A stretch of 62,200 nt of DNA, filler included, from Piptocephalis cylindrospora (taxonomy: Eukaryota), in the NCBI GenBank assembly GCA_003614145.1. It is 15 parts of 15 records of this genome, joined end to end, with 100 filler letters (N's around TTAATTAATTAA, not from the genome) between each part and the next. Parts side by side here need not be neighbours in the genome. Positions count along the whole stretch, not along the records: positions 1 to 4,120 come from KZ988568.1; positions 4,221 to 8,333 come from KZ988569.1; positions 8,434 to 12,531 come from KZ988570.1; 12 more parts are not named here. One strand, 5' to 3'. Shown one piece after another: positions 1-10,456 of the stretch. The position numbers and the translations under genes were made by a program. Under the pieces are notes generated by a model. That model was given only the letters and a program-made list of their open reading frames with translations, ran no database searches and was not told the origin of the DNA. Position 1 is the stretch's first letter. Every line of letters starts with the position of its first letter.

Positions 1-884
1 AAAACGCCAAGAATGTCACCATCCTGACTGCGGAGTCCGACGTCCTGGAGTCGAGCATCCCGTTCCATGCGGGACACGTCCAGCCAACCACCTTGGGCCT
101 CAAGGATCCGTACACTGGTACGCACTTCGATCAAACCATTATCAGGATGGGCCGAGTCTCTGCCCAGCCGGTCCCACGGAAGAATGTTACGGAAGCCCCA
201 GGTGGCCGTGGTTTGTGGGCCGTACATGTTAGAGAGTTGTCGATGAACGAGGACACGACCCTCAGTGTCGGTGATCAGGAAAGTAACGAGGATGGCTAAC
301 TGTCCCCCTGACCAGAGCCCATTCTCATCCTCCTCCGGGGCATAGGGATGGCCGGGACGAAGGTTAGGCGGGGAGGGAAAGGTGGGGGTGGATAGGGTAT
401 CCGGGAGATCATCTCTCCCATCCCTGGAAGTAGGAGGCCTCGCCTTTGCCTTTTTTGGGGGAGGGGCCTTTCCCCGAAGAAATGTCAGGGCCACACCCAC
501 ACCTCCTCCACTGATCGGATGGGGATGGTTGGGCGGAGCGGTGGTGGTGTACACGGACACCTGCCAAGGATGCAGGGTGCATCCAAAAGGTCTTCCATGC
601 CCTACGAGCACGGTGTTACCCGAGACTGAGGAGGAGGAGGAGGAGGATGCTGTGGAGGAGGCACAGGGAGTGGGAAGAGACGAGCCATAATACGAGGTGG
701 GCGGGGTGATAGGGACACGTTGGGCCGAGTGCAGGACCGGGACATGGGAACAGACACACAGATCGGTTAGGGAATGGGAGACAAAGGATTGACTAGTTGC
801 GACAGACGATCCCGTCTTTATCCCTCCCTCCCTATCGGGTCCTGGGGTACAGCGGGATAGAGAGCGTTTGAGGAGGGAGGACAT
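1..884 (-). CDS. MATH(-BTB) domain protein, paralog of 1422..2711; 3'-truncated by window/contig start
   Basis: Hand translation from ATG 884 is open to base 1 (294 codons; absent from the ORF track because it has no stop). Motifs DLCVCSHVPVLHSAQRV, GRPFGCTLHPWQVSVY, LVTFLITDTEGRVLVHRQLSN..ATWGFRNILP and ILEAQGGWLD..LQDVGLRSQDG align colinearly with the neighbouring gene. Confidence 0.8.
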   Translation of the reverse strand, partial: MSSLLKRSLSRCTPGPDREGGIKTGSSVATSQSFVSHSLTDLCVCSHVPVLHSAQRVPITPPTSYYGSSLPTPCASSTASSSSSSSVSGNTVLVGHGRPFGCTLHPWQVSVYTTTAPPNHPHPISGGGVGVALTFLRGKAPPPKKAKARPPTSRDGRDDLPDTLSTPTFPSPPNLRPGHPYAPEEDENGLWSGGQLAILVTFLITDTEGRVLVHRQLSNMYGPQTTATWGFRNILPWDRLGRDSAHPDNGLIEVRTSVRILEAQGGWLDVSRMERDARLQDVGLRSQDGDILGV

Positions 885-1421
885 GGTTGGTGCGTAAAAA
901 ATGGAGATGAAGGATTCGTTAAGGATCAATAAGATGTTGCTAATAGGGGGAAGGACCCAAGGTAGGGGATATTTCTTGGACTAGGTTGAGAGGAGAAGAG
1001 TGAGAAAGAGGAGAGGGATCCTTGGAAGGCACAAGAGATCGTACCTCGACAATGAGAAAGGACGGAATGATGCCAAGATGAAAATATGAAAAAGAGATAT
1101 CAAGAAGGGGAAAAAAGGATGATGGGACTGACGTTAGGGACCGGTTGGTATTCAAATCCCGACAAATGAAGCCGAGCGGAGTTGCTAGTGCTAGGGCAGT
1201 TCAAGCTCCGGCGGTCAAAGCCAATCAAGAGGAGTCTTCCTTTTCATCTGGAAGTCCTTCCCTGGCAATGGCAAGCATGGGGGTTGCTTGCCAGATACTA
1301 CTGACAGGAGAGGGGAAGAGGATGGGAAGTAAGTCCGCCTCCTTTATCTCTCCCTCATCTAACTTTCTCGGCTTTCCTTCACTTTCCCCGCATTCCTCCA
1401 GACTCCTGATTCGTACGCTTC

Positions 1422-2711
1422 ATGACGTCTCCACCCACCTCAGCCTCCACGGACCCCTCTTGCTGTGAGCCGCGTGAAGACTCCAGCTGGACCAGACCAG
1501 TGCACTCGACCTACACAGCGTCCCAATTGCCGGATATGTTGCTGGCCGGAGGTGTGTGTCTGGAGGAGGTGTGCACGTGCGCTGGCCTTCCTCTCCTCGT
1601 CAGTCACCAGTCGATCCGTGTGGAGCTTGGGAGGACGAGGGAGGCAAGAGAAGGGTCAGGAGGACGTAGGATTCTTAGTCGAGGATCACCGTTTGGATGT
1701 ACTGTACACTCTTGGCGGGTCACTTGCTTCCTTACACACTCCAGATCAAAGGAGGCGATTCAAGTAGAGGAGGAGGAAATTGGAGATATACGGGAAAATG
1801 ACGACATCTCTACCCAGGCCCAGACTATAGCCCTTGGGGCCAGTCTATCTTACATGGCCAGTCAAGAGGTGCCCCCGCCCTTTCCCTCACACATTGCATG
1901 TGATGTAAGCTTTACGGTGCGGACTCGATCAGGCATTCTAGTAGCTCACCGAACCTTGTTGAACCATTTCAATGCCGATGCACCCACCTGGGGCATTGGG
2001 GAGCTGGTACCAATGACCCGAATTCAGGATCTAGCTGAGCAGGAGGAGTGTGAGGAGAAGGGCATGATGGACCTGGTGGTGCAGGTGGTTGTGCAACCCA
2101 TCGAATCTCAGGGTGGCTGGATTGATGGGGGGATCGCTGAGGGCTGTCCGGGCGTGGAGGATGTCCTGCTCTATTCCCAGGGCGGAAGGACCACTATTAC
2201 GGCAGCCCGAGTCTCCCTCGCCTCTAGGAGCCCCTACTTTCGCGAGCTTTTTCTCGCTGATTTTCCCTACCCTCCACCAGATGACTACCCGATAGATGAG
2301 GAGCCTCGGATCCTACAATGGCTCATCCACTACGCCTACCACGGGACAATTCCAGGAGGACTGAATACGGCGGATTACCGGGATCTGTACGCTGCGTCCA
2401 CCCGCCTCCGCTTCCCGGATCTTCGAGCCATCCTTAGCTCCAGACTCACCATGAATCTGGATCTTACCAGTGCCCTAGCCCTCGTTCCGCTGGCCTGGGA
2501 GTATGGGGACCCACCCATGAAGAGCTCCTTGCTCCGTCTCCTACGACAGGAACGACGCGGCCTGGCTGGACGGGAAGATTTTGTCCGCTTGGTCCGAACA
2601 GGCGCATATGCTGAACTCGTCGATTCCCTTGTGGGTCCTGCGGCCCTTTCCACCCCTGCCTCCTCCTCCTCCTCCTCCTCGCTCAAATCAGCTTTGCCAT
2701 CTATTTCCTGA
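1422..2711 (+). CDS. MATH-BTB/POZ domain protein (SPOP/BPM-like Cullin-3 adaptor)
   Basis: 429-aa intronless ORF. BTB signature EDVLLYSQGGRTTITAARVSLASRSPYFRELF...LQWLIHYAYHG...LYAASTRLRFPDL followed by BACK-like helices. MATH-like strands upstream (SPFGCTVHSWRV, TWGIGELV). Confidence 0.8.
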   Translation: MTSPPTSASTDPSCCEPREDSSWTRPVHSTYTASQLPDMLLAGGVCLEEVCTCAGLPLLVSHQSIRVELGRTREAREGSGGRRILSRGSPFGCTVHSWRVTCFLTHSRSKEAIQVEEEEIGDIRENDDISTQAQTIALGASLSYMASQEVPPPFPSHIACDVSFTVRTRSGILVAHRTLLNHFNADAPTWGIGELVPMTRIQDLAEQEECEEKGMMDLVVQVVVQPIESQGGWIDGGIAEGCPGVEDVLLYSQGGRTTITAARVSLASRSPYFRELFLADFPYPPPDDYPIDEEPRILQWLIHYAYHGTIPGGLNTADYRDLYAASTRLRFPDLRAILSSRLTMNLDLTSALALVPLAWEYGDPPMKSSLLRLLRQERRGLAGREDFVRLVRTGAYAELVDSLVGPAALSTPASSSSSSSLKSALPSIS

Positions 2712-3464
2712 TACGAAGCCGAGTGGATGTGTATGTTTACTAGCTTTGATGTGTCACAGGAGTCTAGGGATGATGTATTCTGTGCATGTCAAGAACAACC
2801 ATGCTTCTCCAAGCACATTCTATTGAGGGGCGGGACAAGTATGTTGAGGGAAGATGAGAAGGGTGAAATGTATACTGCAAGATGGATTTGTTTTGTTTTA
2901 ATTTGACCTTTTTGCCCCTCAACCCTTTTCCCTTTTGAATATTTCAGCATGATTCTTGCTGCTGAGGAGAGAAAGCACTCATTGTTCATGTGGGCGCGTC
3001 TACTCCGCCGACTCCGCCCACACTCAAACCATCACCACCAAGCCTAGCCCCCTCACCTGATCCTCCTCCCCACAGTGCACCAGACTGGTCTGTGCAACGG
3101 TCTTCCGCTATGTGGGGACCGGGGTAGGCCATTGGTGCATTGGGTTGATTTCCCGTCTCCTCGTGCGGTGAGGATGCCCCTTATGCTTCTATGCGTCCAA
3201 AAGGCCACTCTTCCTTGCCCATTCTAAAGATCCATGACGTCCCCCCACTCCACTAGGGTCAGATTCCCCAAGCAGCACGACTTGAGCAAGTAACGACAAA
3301 GGCTCTCTCTCCATCAAGTATAAATCTGGCCTTCTCTCCCACGACCCACACTTTTCTACCCTTTGACTTTCTTCTTATCCCTCCCCTTTCCTCCTCTCCC
3401 ATTCTTCTTCTCCTCCTCCAATCCCCTCCTCCCTGTCCCAATTCACACCTCTCCAAAGCAAAGC

Positions 3465-3650
3465 ATGCCAGCCGTCTCCCCTCAAGTCATTGCCAGGCCC
3501 GCTAGTCGATTCAAGCCAGAGCTCGTTGCCCTCATCAGCATCTGTGGGGCTGGAGTCATTGGCGCCTGCACCTTTATGGGGGTCAAGTTGACCACTGACC
3601 CATCTATCCGCCGGTCCACCCGGTGGTATCCTTTTGCTTCGGGCCATTAG
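3465..3650 (+). CDS. Small single-TM mitochondrial protein, NDUFA4/B12D (MLRQ) family-like
   Basis: 61 aa: MPAVSPQVIARPASRFKPELVALISICGAGVIGACTFMGVKLTTDPSIRR. The PEL..L....G.G..GA....KL..DP pattern is typical of the family. TATAAA near 3320 and CT-rich leader. Confidence 0.65.
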   Translation: MPAVSPQVIARPASRFKPELVALISICGAGVIGACTFMGVKLTTDPSIRRSTRWYPFASGH

Positions 3651-3827
3651 GGAATGGAGAGAAATGTCTGGTTGATGACAAGATGTTGGATTGAATGTAC
3701 TCGTCATCCTGCCTATCCATGTCTTTGATGAACTTTGTGTACCTCAAGATCGCGTATATTATACTCGTTCTTCTCATGACATACTTTCAATGTATTACAT
3801 AGAGCTCGCTCTGTCCGTTCCCCAAGG

Positions 3828-3992
3828 CTACGAATCATCCTCTAGTTGCTTTAGATACGCGAGAAGCCGCTTCTTGTGGATCATTCCAACATATTTGCCC
3901 TGTCGAACCACGCAAAGGTACCGGACCCCTAGTTTCATAAACAGTTCCAGCACCACATCCATTGAAGCTGCGTAGGATACAGTCAACGGTGC
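3828..3992 (-). CDS. Last exon of a CLC voltage-gated chloride channel (second CBS domain); rest lies off the contig
   Basis: APLTVSYAASMDVVLELFMKLGVRYLCVVRQGKYVGMIHKKRLLAYL* follows a pyrimidine-rich CAG acceptor and matches the CBS2 pattern of Gef1/ClC-3-type channels. Confidence 0.8.
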   Translation of the reverse strand, partial: APLTVSYAASMDVVLELFMKLGVRYLCVVRQGKYVGMIHKKRLLAYLKQLEDDS

Positions 3993-4000
3993 CTGAGAGG

Positions 4001-4032
<32 letters not shown>

Positions 4033-4120
4033 TGAAAGGTTGTTGTTAGTGTATGAGAGTCCATTATCCTAGGTTCCAGGACCCGTCTTCCACGGCAGGA
4101 GGACCGATAAGGGGTGGTGG

Positions 4121-4220
4121 NNNNNNNNNNNNNNNNNNNNNNNNNNNNNNNNNNNNNNNNNNNNTTAATTAATTAANNNNNNNNNNNNNNNNNNNNNNNN
4201 NNNNNNNNNNNNNNNNNNNN
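4121..4220. other. Artificial contig-joining linker N44-TTAATTAATTAA-N44 (first of 14)
   Basis: Identical 100-bp linkers start at 4121, 8334, 12532, 16720, 20908, 25074, 29233, 33380, 37521, 41651, 45779, 49896, 54007 and 58104. TTAATTAATTAA stops all six frames, and the intervening contigs decrease in length. Confidence 0.98.
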
Positions 4221-4471
4221 TTACCAGCTTGGCCATTACCAGCTTGGCCATTACCAGTCTGGCCATTACCAGTCTGGCCATTACCATTCTGGTCTGGGAT
4301 GTTCCCATTCTTATTGCTTTGGGACTGACTGCCTTGAACTGTATTTCCTGAGGAACTTTCCGGAGAAATACCAACACCATCCTGAACGGAAAACTGTTGT
4401 GCGTGCAAGTGAGCATACCATCCCAGAACAAGGAAGGTGAAAAGGACGAGATGGGAGGGAAATGCCAGCAT
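4221..4471 (-). CDS. 5' part of a secreted Gly/Asn/Gln-rich repeat protein (GNGQ[T/A] repeats), truncated at contig end
   Basis: Signal-peptide-like N terminus MLAFPSHLVLFTFLVLGWYAHLHA-QQ; 15-bp tandem repeats at about 4221-4290. Confidence 0.6.
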
Positions 4472-5339
4472 TTCGCTAAAACGTGTAGATGAGAGAAATA
4501 TGAGAGATCCACTCAGGGATCCGGTTTGAGGATGTCCTATCGAGAGCTGGGGGTTGGGAGGAAAGGGGGGGGAGGATGAAGACGATTCTCCTGGGGAGTA
4601 GAAGAGGAAGGGGATAAAGGACTTTGAAGGCTAGCCGTTTACCAAGAGCCTGAGGAAGGTATGAGAGAGGAGAGAGGGAGGGAAGAGGAGTGCGGATGGA
4701 GAGTGAGCGAAGGAGTTTTAAGGGAAGAAGGAGAGAAAGTGAAGAGAGGGAGGTTAATAGCGCTGAGCAGGGTAATAAAGCCTGGAACAAGTCTATTCCC
4801 CCTTCTCGTTCACTCATGCAACATCTGTTAGAGGTGGGGCGAGGGAAGACAGATTTCACATTAGCATCGAGCCATTATCCTCTTGGCACTGTAGCGGAGT
4901 TTCAAAGGTGCAGAATCAAAGAGAGAGGAGCTTTAAATCTATGTCCACCGCCCAGTCCTAGCGGTTTGGTTCGTAGAGTCGAGGTAACGCACCAGGTAAG
5001 GCTGAGAGTCGGAGATGGGCCACTCACCCTCCCAGGTACTGAAGGGAAAGGGCCTACAGACAGGAAGGGTAACAATAAGCATAGTGCGACTGGGTTTATG
5101 GAGATTGAGCCCACCCGACTTACTGCAACCTTCCTTCTTTCCTTCTCCTTCTCCTCCTCCTCCATCATCTCCATCAACAACTTTACTCAAGTGAGAAGAG
5201 CCTCATAGTCCCTTCCTCTTTTCCCCCTCTTCCCCCTCTTCCTCCTCCCTTCCCTGAAAAACGGTGCTGGCTTCATCTTTTCATCCTCAACCCAACCTAC
5301 ACCTCACTCTCCTCGCCTGCTCATCTCTCTATCAGAGTC

Positions 5340-5978
5340 ATGTCTCTAACCATTCAAGTGCTCCTGGGAGTCCTCTTTGCTTCCATGGTCATGGGGGATA
5401 CCACTAACGCTGCGATGCCTATGCTACATGTGCCAGGTTCCCCACTGAAACTCCCGGGCCTCAATGAGTACGTCCCTGGATGGAACAACATCACCGACGG
5501 GGTCTACATCATTAAATCAGTGTACAAGCCCGATACCTATGATTGCCTCACCGTCGAGGACAATACCCTCGCCCTCACTGTCTCCTCATGCATTGGGGAT
5601 TTTGGCAATGATGCCCAACGGTTCAATGTTGTCACGACCAACGATGGCCAATTTGTCCAGCTCCAGTCGTATAAGCACCGCAATGAGGGCAAGAGCTGCA
5701 TCACCGGGGACCCCAAGCCCGACCAGACGGGCGTCAGGCTTGATCAGTGTTACCACACTAATATTCTCTATGGCGCAGCTCCCTCCTACTGGACCCTGCC
5801 ATTTGGAGGGATGGACAATGCCATGAATCATTACACGCGCTTTATGGTCGGAGCCAGGTCCTTAAATTTTTTATCCTACCATCCAGATCATGGAGTCTAC
5901 TCCTTTGGTGGAGAGCTCAATGTGACTGACTCGACTTACCAGTCCTATTGGGCCGTAGTCCCTGCTTACAACTGGTAG
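5340..5978 (+). CDS. Secreted ricin-B (beta-trefoil) lectin-like protein
   Basis: 212 aa with signal peptide MSLTIQVLLGVLFASMVMG. Repeated Y.I.S....CL.V......V..C......QRF and C......V.L..C.....SYW / QSYW subdomain pattern. Confidence 0.65.
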   Translation: MSLTIQVLLGVLFASMVMGDTTNAAMPMLHVPGSPLKLPGLNEYVPGWNNITDGVYIIKSVYKPDTYDCLTVEDNTLALTVSSCIGDFGNDAQRFNVVTTNDGQFVQLQSYKHRNEGKSCITGDPKPDQTGVRLDQCYHTNILYGAAPSYWTLPFGGMDNAMNHYTRFMVGARSLNFLSYHPDHGVYSFGGELNVTDSTYQSYWAVVPAYNW

Positions 5979-6296
5979 TGCAGATGAATGAGAGGCAGGC
6001 GAGAGTTATGACCCCATTTCACAGTATGACCATGAGATCTCCTTTCATAGGATATGTTGAAATGGGGGGCTGATAAGATGGTCTTTCGGGAAATGTATCC
6101 CAAATCCTATTTCTTATTCACTCCTCCCATTTCTCATCACGTATTAGAAGGAGACGGTCCTGAGTAGTGAACAGAGGATATTAGTATTATTGGAAGTATC
6201 AATATCAGATTATATCCTCACAATGTATAGTAGAGTACAAAATAATATGTCTGATTACTTATAGAGTCGAAAGGCGGACATAGGCTTCATCCCATT

Positions 6297-7448
6297 CTAA
6301 CCCCCATCCTCACCCTCTGCCGCATCTACATGCTCAAGGGATTGAACACAAGCTCGTCGCGCCCAGACCCTTCGTCGTGCATAGCTCAACATGGTGGGGA
6401 AGGATGTCCAAGATCTCCAAAGTCCGTCACTGTACCTCCAGCCTTCAGGATCTGTCCTTTCCCTTGACATTGTGTCTTCGGAGGTAAGCGCCCGGCTAAT
6501 GGACCAGGGGTTGGACCAGGCCCAATGCAATCTGACCATCCCCTCGGTGCTCAGCTCCTTGCCACCAGTCATGGATCCCTCAGGGAGGATATAGGCTTCT
6601 GGGGGAGGTGCTTCATTCCCTTCCATATCCTGCCATGGATACGGATCAGTGAGGAGGAGACGAGTGGTCCAGCCCAAGCCAATCCAGTACCTCTGATTCT
6701 CCACCAGTCTGCAAACCACTTCCAAACCATCAGCTGGGTCGCTCCTAATGGTATCTTGGGAGCGTTTTAGAGGAATAGGAGAGGCCAGAGTCATGGACTG
6801 GGCTGGTGAAAGGTCTCGATTGGAACGAGTACTGCGCCATGCCAATTGGACCCATGGACTCTTCATGATGAGCGCCAATGATCCCAGGAGGAGAAAGGTG
6901 AGATAGAGTGGAACCAGATGGAACCAGAGCATCCAAAGAGGCAAAAGGTAGAAAAGGTGAGTGATGTGAGCGGTGGTCCGGTCAGCATCCGACCAGTCCA
7001 ATTCCCGGGACATCCACCGTATCCTGTCATAGGTCGTGGAGGACGCCTCCATTAAAGTTTCAATAACCCATTCTTCCTTCTCTTTATCCCTGTCATGGAC
7101 ATCCTCCTCTGGGTCCTCCGCCGGGTAATGACGTCTCCAATACGCGTACAGACTCCATAGGATGGGCAATGTAGGGAGGACCCAAGAAAAAAAAGCCGCG
7201 TATCCCCAGCACATCATCCACCAGGTAAAAAGACATAAAGTTGAGGTCGCTGGGTGTCTCCACCGCCAAATGTCCAGAAGTGCCGCAAGAGCAGGAGTCC
7301 AGGGGTGGATGACTTCATGTAAAGTCCGAGAATCCAGATGGTCCGGGCTGCATGATCGAATGGTCGGGGTAGAGCCACCATGCTCAGTGCGGTCAGGCAA
7401 GGCGAGTCTCGGAGGGGTGGAGAGGATAAAGAAATCAGAAGGAAGCAT
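6297..7448 (-). CDS. Integral peroxisomal/ER peroxin, Pex24p family (Pex28-32-like) with reticulon-like and dysferlin domains
   Basis: 383 aa. W..P.T...LFTWW and WSDADRT hydrophobic segments, then the DysF motif ENQRYWIGLGW...W.W...W...GWRY...RRRVWAR. Confidence 0.85.
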   Translation of the reverse strand: MLPSDFFILSTPPRLALPDRTEHGGSTPTIRSCSPDHLDSRTLHEVIHPWTPALAALLDIWRWRHPATSTLCLFTWWMMCWGYAAFFSWVLPTLPILWSLYAYWRRHYPAEDPEEDVHDRDKEKEEWVIETLMEASSTTYDRIRWMSRELDWSDADRTTAHITHLFYLLPLWMLWFHLVPLYLTFLLLGSLALIMKSPWVQLAWRSTRSNRDLSPAQSMTLASPIPLKRSQDTIRSDPADGLEVVCRLVENQRYWIGLGWTTRLLLTDPYPWQDMEGNEAPPPEAYILPEGSMTGGKELSTEGMVRLHWAWSNPWSISRALTSEDTMSRERTDPEGWRYSDGLWRSWTSFPTMLSYARRRVWARRACVQSLEHVDAAEGEDGG

Positions 7449-8231
7449 TCTTTAGTAGTCTCGAGACATGAGTGGTCAGAAGAGGAGTATAAGAAAGGAG
7501 GGAGATCAGGAAAGAGTGGAGAGGTAAGAGAGGTAAGAGAGGGTAGGAAATGGATATCAGGAAGGAACAGGGAGTGAGAAACCCTCTTGGCCTCCACACT
7601 CTGATGATATATGTCTATGAATACTATCTCCCCCTGTGATCTTTATGATTGACCTTAATGATGAATGACTCACATCCCCCTTCTCCAGTAAGCCACCCCT
7701 AACCATGGGTCTGGCATGCTGAGGCGGTGGTCAATCAGCATACTCGTCCATGTGATGATCCTAGCTTCGATGAGATCAACATCATCTTTTTGCGTCTCCC
7801 TGCCTAGTTCTCTTATATCTAAACTCGATAATCGATCTGGTTCAATCAGGGTTTTTCTCACAACCCGACTCTAACTCAGATTGCACTCAGCTTCAACCCC
7901 GACCAAGGCTCTGTTATATAATTTAAACTCCGCAAGTAAGCGTTTCGTACAAGCTTCATTCCTCACTCAAGCACTCAAGGTTGAAGGAAGACCTGTAGTT
8001 TGTCCCCAGGCTGACGTTTCGGATCATAGGCCGAAACTCCTTGCGGCTCGACTTGCCTCGAATCTACAGATCCTTTGCCCTCCGCCCTTCAACACTAAAC
8101 ACCCTGCCTGCACTCAGTGTACTGGCCACCTTCTACCTGTGTTGTTCCTGAAAATGCCTCCACTCTGAATTTATCTTTTCCCTTCATCCTTTCCTTCCTC
8201 TTATTTCCGTCCAAGCCCTTCCCTCTTCCGT

Positions 8232-8232
<1 letters not shown>

Positions 8233-8280
<48 letters not shown>

Positions 8281-8284
8281 CCCC

Positions 8285-8333
<49 letters not shown>
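8233..8333. repeat. Poly-C tract at contig end
   Basis: About 100 nt of near-pure C. Confidence 0.9.
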
Positions 8334-8803
8334 NNNNNNNNNNNNNNNNNNNNNNNNNNNNNNNNNNNNNNNNNNNNTTAATTAATTAANNNNNNNNNNN
8401 NNNNNNNNNNNNNNNNNNNNNNNNNNNNNNNNNCCCCACTCCGAAAGTGGTATAAACCCGGCCAGGAATCTCCTCCCACCTCCACTTCCTCCCTCCCTCC
8501 CTCTTCCCTACCTTTCACCCTCGTTTCAGCACCCTCTTGGTCCCCTTCACCCCTCCCCCCCCCCCTGTCTATCCTAAGAACCCCTCCTCTTCCTTCATCT
8601 CTTGTCCACACCTCCCCCTTTCCGCCATCCACGGTCATACACACCTTCACTGCACCACTTGAATCTACTCTTTTCTCTTTTTGATCTTCCTCCTTCCCCC
8701 ACCTCCTCTTCACTGCATAGCGTGATCTCCCTCCCCATCTTTGAACCCTACCCCACGTCGCGTCTCCCTCCCTTCCTTCCGCACACCATCCCCTCCCAAA
8801 AGC

Positions 8804-10456
8804 ATGATCTCATCCCAGAGGAAGGCCCAGGCTGCCGCGGACGGCAACATGGGAACCTCCCCCACCTCCACCTCCCAAGGTCTTGGTCTAGGCACCACAG
8901 GATGGCAATATGCTCAGCCCGCGGCTCCATTGGCCTCGGCCTCGTCCGTCGGCGGCCAGATGACCACTCAGGCCACCTCCACCGTCGGTTTCCCCACCAC
9001 CGCTACCCATGATGTCTCCTTCTCCCACAATTCCACCCCCCTCCCCTCCTCCTCCTCCCCCGCACACTTCCCTGGACAAGGCCAGCAACAACCCGTCATG
9101 TCCGCCCTCTCCCTCTCCCTGGCTGCCTACGGTCACATTGACCCCTCTCTCCTCCACTCCAATCCCGTCGAAGGCGTCTCCACCGGTACCGGCGCCGAAA
9201 TGGACGGCATGTCCATGGGCGAGGAGGCAGGGTCCTCGGTGAAGCACGAAGAGTCCACCTTTGCCTTCTCCCCCGAACTCGGCAACCTTCATCGCTTTCC
9301 CCCACCCACCTCCGCCACCACCACCTCCACCGCCGCCATCAACCCCTCCACCTCCGCCTCCACCTCCTTCCCGGCAAATTCCATTCACATGGCCAACCTG
9401 ACCGGCGTACCCAACGGCTCCACCGGCAATGACGGCATCGGCATCGGCATGGGTCATGATGCCAACCGTACAGGTAACGCCGATATGTCCGATCTCTCCC
9501 CGGAACTCGAGGAAAGGTACGGCACCTCCCCGGCCTCCACCACCGGCCTATATTCCCCTCAAATGGATATGTTCTACGGGAATGGTGCCGGTAACCCCGA
9601 TTTCGACCTCTCCTCCGCCATCAACATGCGTGGCATCCGTCCCGGGGACGGCGCCGCCGGTCTCCATAGCATGAGCCTACCCGTCGGCCCCGGCATGGAC
9701 TGGTTCGGTGCAGGTAGCCCCATGGGCCCATTGCACGAGGCCATGGCCTCTGGCTTCCATCCCCAGGGTATGCCCTCCGGTCCCAATGGTCTCTCCCCCA
9801 TGATGGCCGATGAGAATGGCCTGGGTGGCTTTGGCTCCCCCTCCTCCCCCCACGATGGTGGCCTCAATGGAGGTACCATGTCCATGCTTCCTCCCACCGG
9901 CATCCCCGCTGTCACATCCTCCTCCTCCTCCTCCTCCACCACCCATCTGAATGGTCATGCCCCCCTGGTCGGGAGTCTGCCCACTGGACCCGGCCCCATT
10001 CAATGGCCATCGAAAACCCCAGATATTGGTCTTTTGGGCGGGGTATACGATGCGGACGAGGCCGAAAATGCTCAAAAACAAGCTCAGCTCATGTACGACA
10101 AGAGGCGGAAACGAAGGGAGTCCCATAATGCCGTCGAACGTCGGCGTCGTGATAACATCAACGAGAAGATCCAGGAGCTGAGTCATCTTGTCCCCGATTG
10201 CTTTGGTGATCCCTCGGCCTCACCCTCATCTGCTGCTGCCGCCGCTGCCGCCGCTGCCGCCGGGGGTCCAGGCGCCATCAATGCTGCTGCTTCGGGCATG
10301 AAGGCCAACAAGGGCGCCATCCTACGCAAGAGTGTCGATTACATCAGGCAGCTCCAGTCCCTGGTCAATCAACAGTCCGGAAGGATGAGGGATCTTGAGG
10401 AGGAGGTTCGACGACTCCGACACTCCCAATCCAGCGACGCTAGTGGTGGTCGCTAA
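8804..10456 (+). CDS. bHLH-leucine zipper transcription factor (Rtg3/MiT-TFE/USF-like)
   Basis: KRRKRRESHNAVERRRRDNINEKIQELSHLVP...KANKGAILRKSVDYIRQLQ plus zipper; long low-complexity N terminus. First in-frame ATG is 8804. Confidence 0.9.
   Translation: MISSQRKAQAAADGNMGTSPTSTSQGLGLGTTGWQYAQPAAPLASASSVGGQMTTQATSTVGFPTTATHDVSFSHNSTPLPSSSSPAHFPGQGQQQPVMSALSLSLAAYGHIDPSLLHSNPVEGVSTGTGAEMDGMSMGEEAGSSVKHEESTFAFSPELGNLHRFPPPTSATTTSTAAINPSTSASTSFPANSIHMANLTGVPNGSTGNDGIGIGMGHDANRTGNADMSDLSPELEERYGTSPASTTGLYSPQMDMFYGNGAGNPDFDLSSAINMRGIRPGDGAAGLHSMSLPVGPGMDWFGAGSPMGPLHEAMASGFHPQGMPSGPNGLSPMMADENGLGGFGSPSSPHDGGLNGGTMSMLPPTGIPAVTSSSSSSSTTHLNGHAPLVGSLPTGPGPIQWPSKTPDIGLLGGVYDADEAENAQKQAQLMYDKRRKRRESHNAVERRRRDNINEKIQELSHLVPDCFGDPSASPSSAAAAAAAAAAGGPGAINAAASGMKANKGAILRKSVDYIRQLQSLVNQQSGRMRDLEEEVRRLRHSQSSDASGGR

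Noticed and set aside
7658..7722. Box C (ATGATGA) ... box D (CTGA) spacing suggestive of a C/D snoRNA
   Set aside because: No terminal stem, and no rRNA-complementary guide that I could recognise.
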